Shown here piece by piece: positions 39,825-51,322 of a stretch of 64,000 nucleotides of DNA (position 1 is the first letter of the stretch; each line of letters begins with the position of its first letter). Location of the stretch: positions 42,542 to 106,541 of the forward strand of contig JACDNV010000006.1 in NCBI GenBank assembly GCA_017656425.1, written 5' to 3'. The position numbers and the translations under genes were made by a program. The DNA is from Fidelibacterota bacterium. Its GTDB lineage: Bacteria > Fidelibacterota > UBA2242 > B5-G15. The notes under the pieces are model-generated. The model saw only the letters and a program-made list of their open reading frames with translations. It did not search any database and was not told the origin of the DNA.

Positions 39825-41585
39825 TTAAGCTATTTTTAGCATTTTCAGTATCTTCTGAAATTTATTGTAAAATACTTCAACATTATACTTTGTCATCAGC
39901 CTTTCGTGGTTTTCTTTTTTCAGTTTATTAAATAAATATTCCCTATAATCCTTTTTTACTTTTTCTTTTATCTCATCGAATATAAACTGCTTCTCATCTA
40001 CCTTTAAAACGCACTTTATAAGTGCATACATTTTCCCCTTTTCAGGATCGTTATATTCTATCGGTCCTTTTATCTCTCCTAATTTCATCGAAAATGCAAT
40101 CTTTCCTACATTAATATCATCACCTTTCTTTTCAGGATAAACAACACCATCTTTTCCACGGAAAAATCTTTTTACATAAACTCTTCGGTCAATCCTTTCA
40201 AACCGCTCACCCTCTTTTATCTTCCTTTTGCATTCCGAAATCTTCAAAGTATCATTTGCCAGCACAACATATATATTTACCCTGGCTGGTCGATAATATA
40301 GAGAATCCCTATTTTTTTCAAAAAATTCCCTAAGCTCCCGTTCTCTCGGCTCGGGAATCTGCTTTTCTATTACCTCTTTATCATATAACTTCGCAATTTC
40401 ATCTATTATCACCCAATTTTTCGTATCAGGTCTAATAATTCTAGCATCAATTCCTGCATTTTTTGCTCTCTTTAATAAAATATCCGTCTCTACTGCCCTG
40501 ATTATATAATTCTTAATTTCATTAACTTCAATCTTATCGCCACCTCTAAACTCGATAATATCACTGATGAAATAAAGATATCTCTTTAAATTAACTTTGT
40601 GCCTGGGGGATTTCATAATAACGAAATTATTTCCGGAATTTATTAATTTTTTAAAAGTATCCTTATACGCATTTTGATAAAAATTAGGTATATTAGACCA
40701 TTCTACTAACTTTTCCAAGGCTAACTTATTCCAAACTATAGAATTCTTATCAACAATTTTGCTTTTATCGTTTTCAAACTCCTTTTGAGCAATTGGTGTA
40801 TATTTTATACTAAGCATATTCAAAATTTTTTTTCTAACTTTCTCGTATGGCTCTTTCTTGCTATTCTTTATTTTATAAACTTTTACGATGCAAAAAGCAT
40901 CTTTTGTTTCCAGAACGTTAATTGAATTTAGAGGAGAGCTAAATATTACGCCCTTCAATTCATCAAACTGTGAATCACTCCAATTTATTGAAAGCAAATT
41001 ATTTGAACTTGTAATCTTCCCCTTATTCTTGGTAATTCTTTCAATAATATCATCAAAATCTATCCAGTATTCTGCATCTTGTTTGATTTTGTATGCTAAT
41101 TGTCTTAGTGAATCAATATCTTCATCTGTCATACCTTCTTCTTTTTCCAACACTATTTGCTTATAATATACAACTTTCCCAAAGTCCTTATAATATTCTT
41201 TTGCAATTGAATCATTAACATATTTTTCATAATAGAATCTTCGATAATATTCATTAATAAACTCGTCATTCAATATATATTTTATCCCACTATGATATCG
41301 TATCCTGTAATAAAGATCTTTTTCGATAAAATCTATAAGCCTTAATCTCTTTGATATTATTTGATCCAGTGCAGCATAATAGCCCTTTGAAATTGGTTTA
41401 TAAAGACGGTGAAAGTGGTAATTGTAAAAGTAATCCTGTATTTCTTTAAAATTTACATTATTCATATTATCAATTTTCACTATTATAGTATTTAAATAAT
41501 CCTGCTTTTCATCTCTCGATCCTACAATAATGATAACCAAGACTATAAATAATATCATCCCCAATATTAGTTGCAATCTTTTCAT
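39825..41585 (-). CDS. PpiC/SurA-like peptidylprolyl isomerase or chaperone
   Basis: N-terminal anchor; IAFSMKLGEIKGPIE, FDEIKEKV repeats typical of parvulin foldases. Confidence 0.65.
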   Translation of the reverse strand: MKRLQLILGMILFIVLVIIIVGSRDEKQDYLNTIIVKIDNMNNVNFKEIQDYFYNYHFHRLYKPISKGYYAALDQIISKRLRLIDFIEKDLYYRIRYHSGIKYILNDEFINEYYRRFYYEKYVNDSIAKEYYKDFGKVVYYKQIVLEKEEGMTDEDIDSLRQLAYKIKQDAEYWIDFDDIIERITKNKGKITSSNNLLSINWSDSQFDELKGVIFSSPLNSINVLETKDAFCIVKVYKIKNSKKEPYEKVRKKILNMLSIKYTPIAQKEFENDKSKIVDKNSIVWNKLALEKLVEWSNIPNFYQNAYKDTFKKLINSGNNFVIMKSPRHKVNLKRYLYFISDIIEFRGGDKIEVNEIKNYIIRAVETDILLKRAKNAGIDARIIRPDTKNWVIIDEIAKLYDKEVIEKQIPEPRERELREFFEKNRDSLYYRPARVNIYVVLANDTLKISECKRKIKEGERFERIDRRVYVKRFFRGKDGVVYPEKKGDDINVGKIAFSMKLGEIKGPIEYNDPEKGKMYALIKCVLKVDEKQFIFDEIKEKVKKDYREYLFNKLKKENHERLMTKYNVEVFYNKFQKILKMLKIA

Positions 41586-41680
41586 ATTTGACTCCGTTCC
41601 CCTGATAGCTAACAAGAAACTTAGCTAAATTAATTATCCATTTATATTAAATCAAAATTAAAAGAGCAATAAATAGATTT

Positions 41681-41716
41681 AAAAAAAGGCGGAGGTATAA
41701 AACCCCCGCCTATTTT
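41681..41716 (-). terminator. Intrinsic terminator
   Basis: aaaaaaaggcggaggt-ataa-aacccccgcct; U-tract on the minus strand after gene 41741-43474. Confidence 0.8.
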
Positions 41717-41740
41717 GGATTAAGGTAATCAAATATTCTA

Positions 41741-43474
41741 CTACTTCATTAATACCATCTTCTTTGTGATCTTCTGTCCAGCAAATTCAACGGTATAGAA
41801 ATAAACTCCACTTGCTAAGTTCGATCCGTCAAAAGTAATATTATATGTTTTCGCAATACCTTCTCCATTCATTAACGTTGTAACTTCCCTACCCAGCATA
41901 TCAAATACTTTCACAGTAACTTTACCTGAATGTGGTAATGTAAAAGTGATATTTGTTGTTGGGTTAAATGGATTTGGATAATTCTGATTTACTTTAAATC
42001 CTTTTAATACATTATTTTCTTCCCTTACTCCAACACCCTGTGGTAATCTACCTTCATCTAATGCTGCAAGTAATTCCTCGTATTGATTATCTCTAATTTG
42101 TAACCATGAACTTTTTTGATCAGGGAACCAGTTTAAATCACCTATAGGATAACCATCGGCATCTACTATATCATCATCACTATATGACAAATCTATTGGT
42201 ACAGGCCAATCTGGATAAACATAAAAATCAGAACCTACAAATACCAATCTCCAGTCTGGTAATATCACTGCCTTAGTAATGTCCATAGTATTAATAGCGA
42301 AATCTCTCAGAGTATCTACATAGGTAGTAAGTAAATTCCTTGGATCAGTGAAATTTGGTAATTTCTCATACCAGGTACCTTCTACTAGATATGGCCAGTT
42401 GTTATCATCATCAAACATTGCCTTCGTTCTTGTATTCATCTTAATTGTTTGGTCATACCATTCATCTGTATTATTTATATTGTTATCTTTCATATATTGA
42501 GCCAAGTTTAATAACCTCGAATCCCAATAAACCAAATTCCTATCAACTAAGACCTTCCTATCAACCTGGTCCATATCAGATGGCAAAGTATCTACATTTA
42601 TAATACCAAGCGGTAATTTATCCTGATCTACTTCAGGAAAATCTTCATCAATATAAGTATAAGGCTGAACGTTACTGTTTACAAAAATGTTATTCGTCAC
42701 AACCCATCTGCTTTGAAAACCGTTAGTCTCAAAAATAATACCAGCACAGTTGATAAAAGTATTGTGATTAAACATTAACAGTTTAATAGGATAATTTCTA
42801 AATTTGTACATCATACCCTGTGCTACAACATGAGTTGAGTTTTCAACCCATATTGTGTCTGTAGCATTATCTACATTATCATATACACCACCATTTCTTC
42901 TACATTCCTGACCACTTAAGTTTACAAAATAGGAATCTCTGATGTAAACTCTCGTCCCAGCCACAGCGTTAGAAGCTATTATCACCCATCTTGTTCGCTC
43001 AGCAATACAATTCTCTAAAGTAATACGACAATTTGGCTGCGTGAACCAGAAGAAAGTCCAACCAAGAGTTCCTTCCGCTGATGCCGGTACTATACATACA
43101 TTTTTAAGAGTAAGGTCTCCCCCAGGATTAATACCGCCTGAGTTACCACCTTTACCACAGATCACCGGAAACATCTTTTGTGGATCACCATTATACAATG
43201 GTTCTGTAGCTTCACCTACGATAACAGTATGCCTATCAGATTTTGTAGTTGGATTACTACCTAATTCATACAATTCACCAGCTTTTAGCAGGTATACACG
43301 ACCTTCTGGTACATTTGCGGTATCATAAGTAATTGCCTCATATAGATACTCTGGTAATACAACTGCAGTATCCCCGCGAAATTCCTCAACATAGTCTGAA
43401 ATAGGGCTTTCTTGAGCAGCTAGCATTACAACCATTGCTAACACTACTAAGGTAACTAAACTCAATTTCTTCAT
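41741..43474 (-). CDS. Secreted beta-helix-like protein with T9SS C-terminal domain, partner of a TonB receptor
   Basis: Signal peptide; FNHNTFIN, TNNIFVN; G.PIGDLNWFP; QNYPNPFNP. Confidence 0.8.
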   Translation of the reverse strand: MKKLSLVTLVVLAMVVMLAAQESPISDYVEEFRGDTAVVLPEYLYEAITYDTANVPEGRVYLLKAGELYELGSNPTTKSDRHTVIVGEATEPLYNGDPQKMFPVICGKGGNSGGINPGGDLTLKNVCIVPASAEGTLGWTFFWFTQPNCRITLENCIAERTRWVIIASNAVAGTRVYIRDSYFVNLSGQECRRNGGVYDNVDNATDTIWVENSTHVVAQGMMYKFRNYPIKLLMFNHNTFINCAGIIFETNGFQSRWVVTNNIFVNSNVQPYTYIDEDFPEVDQDKLPLGIINVDTLPSDMDQVDRKVLVDRNLVYWDSRLLNLAQYMKDNNINNTDEWYDQTIKMNTRTKAMFDDDNNWPYLVEGTWYEKLPNFTDPRNLLTTYVDTLRDFAINTMDITKAVILPDWRLVFVGSDFYVYPDWPVPIDLSYSDDDIVDADGYPIGDLNWFPDQKSSWLQIRDNQYEELLAALDEGRLPQGVGVREENNVLKGFKVNQNYPNPFNPTTNITFTLPHSGKVTVKVFDMLGREVTTLMNGEGIAKTYNITFDGSNLASGVYFYTVEFAGQKITKKMVLMK

Positions 43475-43512
43475 GCTACACCTCCTTTTTTTAACGAATA
43501 CATTTATTAATC

Positions 43513-46500
43513 CTAAAATTTATAGCGTAATACAAGTTCGTATAATGTAGGCGTATACAATTCACCCACCAGAGTTCGTTCTATCTTATCACTTCCAGGC
43601 CTCTTGAATTCTCTATAATTTTTAATTGATGTCCCAGTAAGATTTACAATATTAAATTGCACACTTAGACCCTTAACCGGTAATTTTTGTTTTACTGTTA
43701 GATCCCACCTTGTAATAATTCCAGTATAAACATCATCTTCAGGTCTTGAACCAATATAGGAAACCTCATCATCCGTTAAATTAAATGATAACCTACCAGA
43801 AAAACCTTTATAATCAAACCCCAGGATTAGATTTAAAATGTGATCTGCCTGATGAAGTAGCCTATCTTTATATGTTTTTTCTTTGGTTATATATTTGTAT
43901 TTCTTTACCTTAATCGGACCTACCTGTTCATAATACGCTGAATCTGTATTTTCTATCCTTAAGTATTTCATACTCGACCAGGTCCTGGTATAGTTCACAT
44001 TTATAACGAGAGAATTAAATGGCTTGGGCAAATACCACAAGTTTGACTGCCATTCGAATTCTATACCCCTAACATATCCAGGATATTTATTATTTATATA
44101 TGAATTTATAAGTAATGATTTTTCTGGCAATTTACTCCAGCCCAACTTCTGCATTAATGCAGTATCAGGAAAATTAATCTCATATTTGTCAATATTTTGA
44201 TAATATACTGACGTTGAGAAAAATACATTCTCCAATTTTTTATAGAAAGGAGCAATAGAAATCAATCCAATATTATGACTATAAATTGAAAGCGCGGCAT
44301 CGTAATTTGTCACTTCTGTGGGCTTAAGTTTAGGATTTCCAACCCTTGTGTATCCTCCTGGTTCATATAAGACAGTAGGCACAATTGCCAAATAATCTGG
44401 TCTTGATATTGCCTCTGTATATGCAAGTCGTAGATCTGCCCACTCTGTAAGCTTATATTTTAGCTGCAAATTAGGAAACCAATTTACATCAGATCTGTCT
44501 ACTTCATCTATATCTGTCGAATCATCCTGAACTAAAGCATCTCCATCGACAGGGTGGGTAACAATTAGTATATGACCATCATAATTCATCCTATACTCTT
44601 CCCATCTAATTCCTCCAAGCAATGTTAATCTAGGCCCTATTTTGAAAGTACTCATAAAGTATCCTGCGAGAAAATCTTCTGTCCCGACAAAATCATCTTG
44701 CGTTGACCACTCTTCATGTGTTCCTATACCCCATCCTTTCGGCGCAATTAAGAAAAATGGATCCATTATACCTTTGTCTACTACATATTTAATCGGATAT
44801 TTACCATCAAGAAAATAATTACCTCGTTCGTAACTACTCCTCACCACCTCCATAAATCTCAAAGGATGTGTCGGGCTTAAAGGCTCACTCTCATCTCTCA
44901 CGATAGTATAACCGTCTATATAATAATATATCTTACCATCTTTTTTCTCCCGAGGTATTGCATCGTAAAAGTCAGTATTGCCGGTTCTATTATAATAAGC
45001 TTCTATATCATTTTTACGATATGAATGATCATATTTCCCACCAAATTTTATATCAGCAGTTACTCCATATAATAGCTTAACTGGAATACTAAAATCTACC
45101 TTTGATGTATACAAATGTTGATTAAAATCCTCTTCTCTCGTAGTTGCCCAACCGTGTAACTCAGCCCTATAATAAGAAGAATCATCTATTTCAATTTCAT
45201 AAACATCATTAAGATCCATAGTATCACCCGCAGTCAAGTAATTAATTCCCGCTCCAAAAGGAGATCTATCTTCAAAATTAAAATTCTGGCCTGGATCAGC
45301 GTATCTCTCCACTGTATTTTTATTACTGGATGAATGAGACAAACTAAACTCCATTTTCAGATTACCGAATTTATATTCACCCATTAAAGAATTTATCATC
45401 AATTGTCTCTCATGAAAATCTCTAAATATTGAATACTGCCCCAAGTTTTCTGTAAAAGTAAAAATGTTCCTATAATTAGCAAAATCATTTCTGTTATGAG
45501 ATATGGAATTTTGTAAAATAATCTTACCATTCGGTAATTCATAATCCAGAATAATACTTCCTCCTTTATTGGAAATAATATTCTCTTCATCAGTATAATC
45601 AAAACCAGTCATTCTATATATTCCTTCACCAAATGGAACTGTTGGATCATTAATACTGAAAGATGAACCTATTCTATCATTTCCCACATTAGATCTATCC
45701 ATGTGCCCCTGAATAAAAACTCCTAACTTATTATTAAAAAACCTCTTACTAATACTTGCCCATGACTTATAATTATCAGTTGTTCTATCTAATCCATTAT
45801 AGAAACCTTGACCAAAGAAATCAAAATGTGAACCCTCTGGTGCCTCCATTATTTTTAAATTAACGACACCACCTATTGAATTAGCATCCATATCTGGAGT
45901 TAATACCTTAAAAACTTCTATTCCAGACAACATATTAGAAGAAATAAAACCAAGATTTACTGATCGATCACTTAAGCTTGTAGATGGTAACTGCACCCCA
46001 TTCATCAGAACCACATTCTGTTTTGCCTGAATACCTCTGATTACTACCTTATCCCCATCCTGTAAAGATATACCTGGCAATCTACTAAGGGCAGCTGCAG
46101 CACTTTCGTCAGGCAATTCTTGAATTTTCTCGGAAGAAACTACATTCTTAACGCTTAATGCATTCAATTGCTCATTTATCGCATTTAATTGACCTTTTGC
46201 CTGTGCAGTAACTACTACTTCCTGTAGCTTTAAGCCTTTATAATCCAAAAACGCAGTAACATTGGTTTCTTCTCCAGAGTTAACTACAACAGGAATATCT
46301 TTATCTTCATAGCCAATGAATCTTATTTGTAAAATATAATTTCCGGGAGGTACCCCATCTATCTCAAATCTACCTTCTTCATTAGAGGCAGCACCCATAT
46401 ATGTCCCTTTTACCACTACATTTGCAAATGGTAGCGGTTTTTTAGTCTTACTGTCATAGACAAAACCTACTATTTTCCCGTTTTCCTGTGGAAAAACTAT

Positions 46501-46560
46501 TTGAAAAAAAGTTAAAAAACAGAGTAATGAAATTGTTGCGAAGCTAATTACCTTATTCAT
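43513..46560 (-). CDS. TonB-dependent receptor
   Basis: Carboxypeptidase-like N-terminal domain, plug ELPD.SAAAALSRLPG, GNPKLKP, C-terminal F. Confidence 0.92.
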   Translation of the reverse strand: MNKVISFATISLLCFLTFFQIVFPQENGKIVGFVYDSKTKKPLPFANVVVKGTYMGAASNEEGRFEIDGVPPGNYILQIRFIGYEDKDIPVVVNSGEETNVTAFLDYKGLKLQEVVVTAQAKGQLNAINEQLNALSVKNVVSSEKIQELPDESAAAALSRLPGISLQDGDKVVIRGIQAKQNVVLMNGVQLPSTSLSDRSVNLGFISSNMLSGIEVFKVLTPDMDANSIGGVVNLKIMEAPEGSHFDFFGQGFYNGLDRTTDNYKSWASISKRFFNNKLGVFIQGHMDRSNVGNDRIGSSFSINDPTVPFGEGIYRMTGFDYTDEENIISNKGGSIILDYELPNGKIILQNSISHNRNDFANYRNIFTFTENLGQYSIFRDFHERQLMINSLMGEYKFGNLKMEFSLSHSSSNKNTVERYADPGQNFNFEDRSPFGAGINYLTAGDTMDLNDVYEIEIDDSSYYRAELHGWATTREEDFNQHLYTSKVDFSIPVKLLYGVTADIKFGGKYDHSYRKNDIEAYYNRTGNTDFYDAIPREKKDGKIYYYIDGYTIVRDESEPLSPTHPLRFMEVVRSSYERGNYFLDGKYPIKYVVDKGIMDPFFLIAPKGWGIGTHEEWSTQDDFVGTEDFLAGYFMSTFKIGPRLTLLGGIRWEEYRMNYDGHILIVTHPVDGDALVQDDSTDIDEVDRSDVNWFPNLQLKYKLTEWADLRLAYTEAISRPDYLAIVPTVLYEPGGYTRVGNPKLKPTEVTNYDAALSIYSHNIGLISIAPFYKKLENVFFSTSVYYQNIDKYEINFPDTALMQKLGWSKLPEKSLLINSYINNKYPGYVRGIEFEWQSNLWYLPKPFNSLVINVNYTRTWSSMKYLRIENTDSAYYEQVGPIKVKKYKYITKEKTYKDRLLHQADHILNLILGFDYKGFSGRLSFNLTDDEVSYIGSRPEDDVYTGIITRWDLTVKQKLPVKGLSVQFNIVNLTGTSIKNYREFKRPGSDKIERTLVGELYTPTLYELVLRYKF

Positions 46561-46606
46561 ATCCCCCCTCTTATTTTTTGTAGTTCAATTTCGCCAACAC
46601 GAAATT

Positions 46607-46635
46607 ATTATAATATAATTTATGTTAAATGTCAA
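46607..46635 (-). promoter_or_regulatory. Perfect sigma70 consensus promoter for the TonB receptor operon
   Basis: TTGACA (46635-46630), 17 bp, TATAAT (46612-46607). Confidence 0.85.
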
Positions 46636-46744
46636 TAAAATAATTTATATACTAATCATTAAAATTTAACTATTGATTTTTATAAAATTGTTAATATATT
46701 TTAACTAAAGCATTTTGAAATTAATAAATATATGGAGGGTTTAA

Positions 46745-49132
46745 ATGACTTGTTCTAACACAATCAAATTTTTTGCGGTCTATTTAATTCTAATTATTTC
46801 AATTGCTATTTCACAAACAGTTAAAAACGGTGGTTTTGAAAACACCTCTTTAGGTGAAATAACGAACGAAAGTATCGAAGGTTGGTCTTTCCCTGTGGGA
46901 TCAAGTGTTTCAGACCCACCCTATTTCGCTATAGTTGATGATACTGTACACAAAGGAAACCACGCTTTAATGGTTGTGGTAAAATCTATTGGTACTAATG
47001 ACTGGGACATACAGGCAGTAGCCGAAAGCATTAAAGTAGATCCAGCCAAAACTTACATCTATTCAGTCTGGGCAAAGTCAAAAAAAGGAAATGCAAAAGT
47101 AAATTTTACAGTCGGTAATTACATCTATCACGAATACGGAAGAATAGGAGGTGTTACCCTTTCAACAGAATGGGAGAATTTTACATTTGAATTTCAATTA
47201 GACGACGGCAGTACAACTATAAGAGCTCCAATTCATTTTAATTTTTCTGAAAATATCAGAGATACAATATGGATTGATGATTTCAAAATTATAGATGTTG
47301 AAAAAGAATTTGCCTCAAGAGTACCAGTGATCATTGAAGCAGAAGATGGAGAACTTGGTGAAGATTTTACAACTGGTACCGACGGAGACATTACATACAT
47401 CACTGTCACAACAGATTATGCTGCTGATGTTGCAAAAAGTGCTCCAGATACCCTCAACAGAAACAAGAGAACTGTAAAATACAATGTGCTATTCCCATAT
47501 GCAGGTACATATAGCTTATATGCTAAAGTAAAGGTGGGTCCAAATGGATATAATGATGATAGCTTCTGGTATTCCAACGGATTTGGAGATAAGGACGCTT
47601 CCAATCCCGATGATTGGATAGCTGTAAATGGATTAGCTAACGCAGGTTTTACAAATGCCGAAGATGTAATCTTTGAACGTGGGGCGGCTGGAAACAATGT
47701 CTGGAAGTGGGTAAATCTATCGAATAATAAAATGGAAGGTGAGGTACCAATTAATTTTACGGTTCAAGAAGATAGTACCACAGTTATTTTTATGATTGGT
47801 GGCCGTGAAGATGGATTATATTTCGATAAGTTTGCCTTTGGTCGCTCTGATTTATATTTCACTGTTGAAATGCTTGATAGTGCCTGGGCAGGATCTCCAG
47901 AATGGCCAAAAGAACCCGTTGAAACCTGGCCTGGACCACCATTAGCCACAGGCCATATTAAATTCCTTGGAAACGTATGGAGTAGCCCACAAAAGAAAGA
48001 TTTTGAAAAGTACTGGAATCAGGTAACACCTGAAAATGCTGGAAAATGGGGTTCTGTCGAGGGAACAAGAGATGTTATGAACTGGACTATACTTGATGAA
48101 GCTTACAATTTTGCAAAAGAACATGAATTCCCATTTATGTTTCACGTCCTTATATGGGGAGCACAACAACCTTCCTGGATGAATGATAATACTTTAACTG
48201 ATGATGAAAAATATGAAGAGATCACGGAATGGTTCCATGCAGTCGCTGATAGATACCCTGATATTGACTTCTTACAGGTTGTCAACGAACCTTTACATCA
48301 ACCACCTCAATACAAAAGCGCTCTCGGCGGCAATGGAGATACAGGCTGGGATTGGGTAATAAATGCATTTCAATTAGCAAGAGATATTTTCCCGGATACT
48401 GTAAAACTAATGATAAACGACTTCGGAATCATTGGAAGTACAAGCTCTACCCAACAGTATTTAAACATAATAAACCTTCTTAAAGAAAGAGGTCTAATTG
48501 ACGCTATTGGAGTACAGGGGCATGCATTTACCACTTACTATGCTTCCACATCCACTATAAAATCATGTCTCGATTTATTGGCATCCACAGGTTTACCCGT
48601 CTATGTTACTGAATTAGATATAGATGGTGTTGACGATCAGGTTCAATTAGAAGAATATCAAAGAGTATTTCCAACACTTTATCAGCACCCTGGAGTTATG
48701 GGAATAACTCTCTGGGGATGGAGACGTGGACTATGGAGAGATGAACAGGGAGCATATCTTATAAACAGTGATGGCTCCGAAAGACCAGCCATGAAATGGT
48801 TAATTGCCTATATGGATACTGTACAGGATTATGTTTCAATTGAAGAAGATTTAGTTCAAGGGAATCCACTTGAATTTAAATTATACAACAATTATCCAAA
48901 TCCATTTAACCCAACAACAACTATAAGTTTCTCAGTTCCAATAAATACTCACGTAAAGCTCACTGTATTTAATATTTTAGGACAGTATGTAGAAACAATA
49001 TATCAAGGTAACGTAACTCCCGGTACATATTCTATTCTTTTTGATGGTTCACAATTAGAAAGTGGAATATATTTCTATCGAATCGATGCGGATGGTTTTA
49101 GCCAGACGAAAAAGTTTATACTTCTAAAATAG
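46745..49132 (+). CDS. Endo-1,4-beta-xylanase (GH10) with CBM4/9-like module and T9SS C-terminal domain
   Basis: NQVTPENAGKW, VVNEPLH, IGVQGH, VTELD; NYPNPFNP. Confidence 0.92.
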   Translation: MTCSNTIKFFAVYLILIISIAISQTVKNGGFENTSLGEITNESIEGWSFPVGSSVSDPPYFAIVDDTVHKGNHALMVVVKSIGTNDWDIQAVAESIKVDPAKTYIYSVWAKSKKGNAKVNFTVGNYIYHEYGRIGGVTLSTEWENFTFEFQLDDGSTTIRAPIHFNFSENIRDTIWIDDFKIIDVEKEFASRVPVIIEAEDGELGEDFTTGTDGDITYITVTTDYAADVAKSAPDTLNRNKRTVKYNVLFPYAGTYSLYAKVKVGPNGYNDDSFWYSNGFGDKDASNPDDWIAVNGLANAGFTNAEDVIFERGAAGNNVWKWVNLSNNKMEGEVPINFTVQEDSTTVIFMIGGREDGLYFDKFAFGRSDLYFTVEMLDSAWAGSPEWPKEPVETWPGPPLATGHIKFLGNVWSSPQKKDFEKYWNQVTPENAGKWGSVEGTRDVMNWTILDEAYNFAKEHEFPFMFHVLIWGAQQPSWMNDNTLTDDEKYEEITEWFHAVADRYPDIDFLQVVNEPLHQPPQYKSALGGNGDTGWDWVINAFQLARDIFPDTVKLMINDFGIIGSTSSTQQYLNIINLLKERGLIDAIGVQGHAFTTYYASTSTIKSCLDLLASTGLPVYVTELDIDGVDDQVQLEEYQRVFPTLYQHPGVMGITLWGWRRGLWRDEQGAYLINSDGSERPAMKWLIAYMDTVQDYVSIEEDLVQGNPLEFKLYNNYPNPFNPTTTISFSVPINTHVKLTVFNILGQYVETIYQGNVTPGTYSILFDGSQLESGIYFYRIDADGFSQTKKFILLK

Positions 49133-49149
49133 AACAACACGGAGTTAAT

Positions 49150-49184
49150 AAAAAAGGGGCGGTTATTATCACTGCCCCTTTTTT
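49150..49184. terminator. Bidirectional intrinsic terminator
   Basis: aaaaaaggggcggt-tattatc-actgcccctttttt between convergent genes. Confidence 0.9.
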
Positions 49185-49215
49185 ATTACATTTTAAAATC
49201 ACAAAAAATCAAAAA

Positions 49216-51159
49216 TCAATTCACTATAGGAAACCATACCTTCATTTTTCCAATACCTCTATTTGACCATACATAATAGGGAATAAGAATGAGACTTTCA
49301 TTATTAAATGTACTTTCAATAGCTAAAACCTTTTCCGATAGTATCTTCATACCTTTTATATTAAATTCAATATTATTCGGGATTGTAATATCTGAAATAT
49401 TTTTATTATCAACCTCCTCTGCACAGTATACAAAGGGACCATATTCAAAAGCCACTTTATTTCTATCTTCAATAACATTTTTATTCGCTATCACCATACG
49501 TACTTTCATTGGAAAAATCAATTCTACTTTATCCCCCTTTTTCCACCTCTTTATAATTTCAGCATAGCCTTTATTGTTGATTTTTAACTTCTTCTTTTTC
49601 TTATTTATCTTCAGAATTATTTTCACTTTTTCCGCATCTTTATAACAGTATAGGTCACCCGGAACAGGTCTCCCTTGAGTCCACCCAGGTATGCGTAATT
49701 TTAATGAGAATTTTTTACTCTTTTCTGGATTTACAAAAATTCTTATATGCCCATCCCACGGATAATCAGTCTCTTGCTCAACTATGACTTTGGTATCACC
49801 TATAAGTATTTCTGCTTTACTTGAAATGAATAAATTTACATATATACTATTTTTATCATTAGCATAAATGAGACCTGGTATATACGGTATAAACCTAATT
49901 AAGTTTGTCGGGCAACAAGAACAGTCAAACCATGGTTTTCGAGTGCAAGTACCCTGATTGAAAGCATATTTACCATCGGATTCCAAAGGATTTGGATAAA
50001 AGAATTTTGTACCATCAATTGATATTCCGGATATAATACCATTATATAAGGTTCTTTCTATTATATCATAATACTTTGAATCCCCAAATAGGAGAAACAT
50101 CTTGTGATTCCATAAAACATTCCCTATTGATGCGCATGTCTCACAATATGCTGTAAGATTTGGTAATTCATAATTCTTACCAAATGCCTCACCCTCATGT
50201 CTTGAACCAATTCCACCAGTTATATACATTTTTTTGTTTACAACGTTTTCCCATAACCTGCTAACAGCATTTAAATATGCCGTATCTTCAAAAATTGCTG
50301 CAATATCTGTCATCGCAGCATACATATATACTGCTCTTACTGCATGTCCAACAGCCTCAGTTTGCCTTGTAACAGGTTTGTGGTCCTGACTATATTCTCC
50401 ATAAAGCTTATGAGTCGTTGAATCCCCCCTGATATCTAGAAAAAATTTAGCAAGCTCAAGATAATTTCTATTACCAGTAACTTCATACAACCTGATAAGT
50501 CCGCTTTCAACAATCTGATGCCCGGGAGGTACACTCAATTTATCCTGCCCAAAATTTTTCACCAGCAAATCAGCATTCTTTATAGCAATATCCAAAAAAT
50601 TTCTTTTACCAGTTGATAAATAGTGAGCAACGGCAGCATGAAACAAGTGCCCACTATTGTATAATTCATGACTACTTACAAGATTTTCCCATCTTTTCTT
50701 GGAGGGCTTCACCCACCACGCTGGAGGATTCTTTCTATCAATGGTAAACCATGTTGTTATGTATCCATCAGATTCTTGACCTACCTTTATTATGTCAATT
50801 ACTGAATCCAAATAGGCTTCAAGTTTAGCATCAGGTAATGTAATCAGCGAATAAGACGCACCCTCAATAATTTTATATAAATCAGTATCATCAAAAGGCA
50901 TTTTCCCCCTGTATTTACCTTTTTTTACACCACCAGCTACTAAAAAATTATCCATTCTGCCTTCTTTTTCACACTTTTCAAAAGCGTAAGGAATGGTTAT
51001 TTCCTGAATTTTCTTTATCTTTGGAAACCAAAAGTTATCATTAATTTTAACATTTTTTATATCTACCTTTGAAATGGGATATCGTAGATAATTTTTACCA
51101 CTAGTTACATCGCAAAGCATCAAAAAAATATAAATTAAGATTATTATTACCCCGTTCAT
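49216..51159 (-). CDS. GH127 beta-L-arabinofuranosidase family
   Basis: DTDLYKIIE, HELY..GH, GHAVRA.Y, YCETCA, CSCCP.N. Confidence 0.92.
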   Translation of the reverse strand: MNGVIIILIYIFLMLCDVTSGKNYLRYPISKVDIKNVKINDNFWFPKIKKIQEITIPYAFEKCEKEGRMDNFLVAGGVKKGKYRGKMPFDDTDLYKIIEGASYSLITLPDAKLEAYLDSVIDIIKVGQESDGYITTWFTIDRKNPPAWWVKPSKKRWENLVSSHELYNSGHLFHAAVAHYLSTGKRNFLDIAIKNADLLVKNFGQDKLSVPPGHQIVESGLIRLYEVTGNRNYLELAKFFLDIRGDSTTHKLYGEYSQDHKPVTRQTEAVGHAVRAVYMYAAMTDIAAIFEDTAYLNAVSRLWENVVNKKMYITGGIGSRHEGEAFGKNYELPNLTAYCETCASIGNVLWNHKMFLLFGDSKYYDIIERTLYNGIISGISIDGTKFFYPNPLESDGKYAFNQGTCTRKPWFDCSCCPTNLIRFIPYIPGLIYANDKNSIYVNLFISSKAEILIGDTKVIVEQETDYPWDGHIRIFVNPEKSKKFSLKLRIPGWTQGRPVPGDLYCYKDAEKVKIILKINKKKKKLKINNKGYAEIIKRWKKGDKVELIFPMKVRMVIANKNVIEDRNKVAFEYGPFVYCAEEVDNKNISDITIPNNIEFNIKGMKILSEKVLAIESTFNNESLILIPYYVWSNRGIGKMKVWFPIVN

Positions 51160-51254
51160 TCCTTACTACCTCCTTAGCTAATTAGCCTCATAAATCATTA
51201 CTATACACTTAGTTTAGGGAGAAAAATTGTCTATACAGTAGACAATACAAAAAT

Positions 51255-51290
51255 AAAGACAGCCTGCTGTATGTATGGCAGGCTGCCTTC
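51255..51290 (-). terminator. Probable terminator hairpin
   Basis: cagcctgc-tgtatgtatg-gcaggctg downstream of gene 51323-54481. Confidence 0.6.
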
Positions 51291-51322
51291 ATTTTATAAC
51301 ATTTTTACCGTATATAATATTC

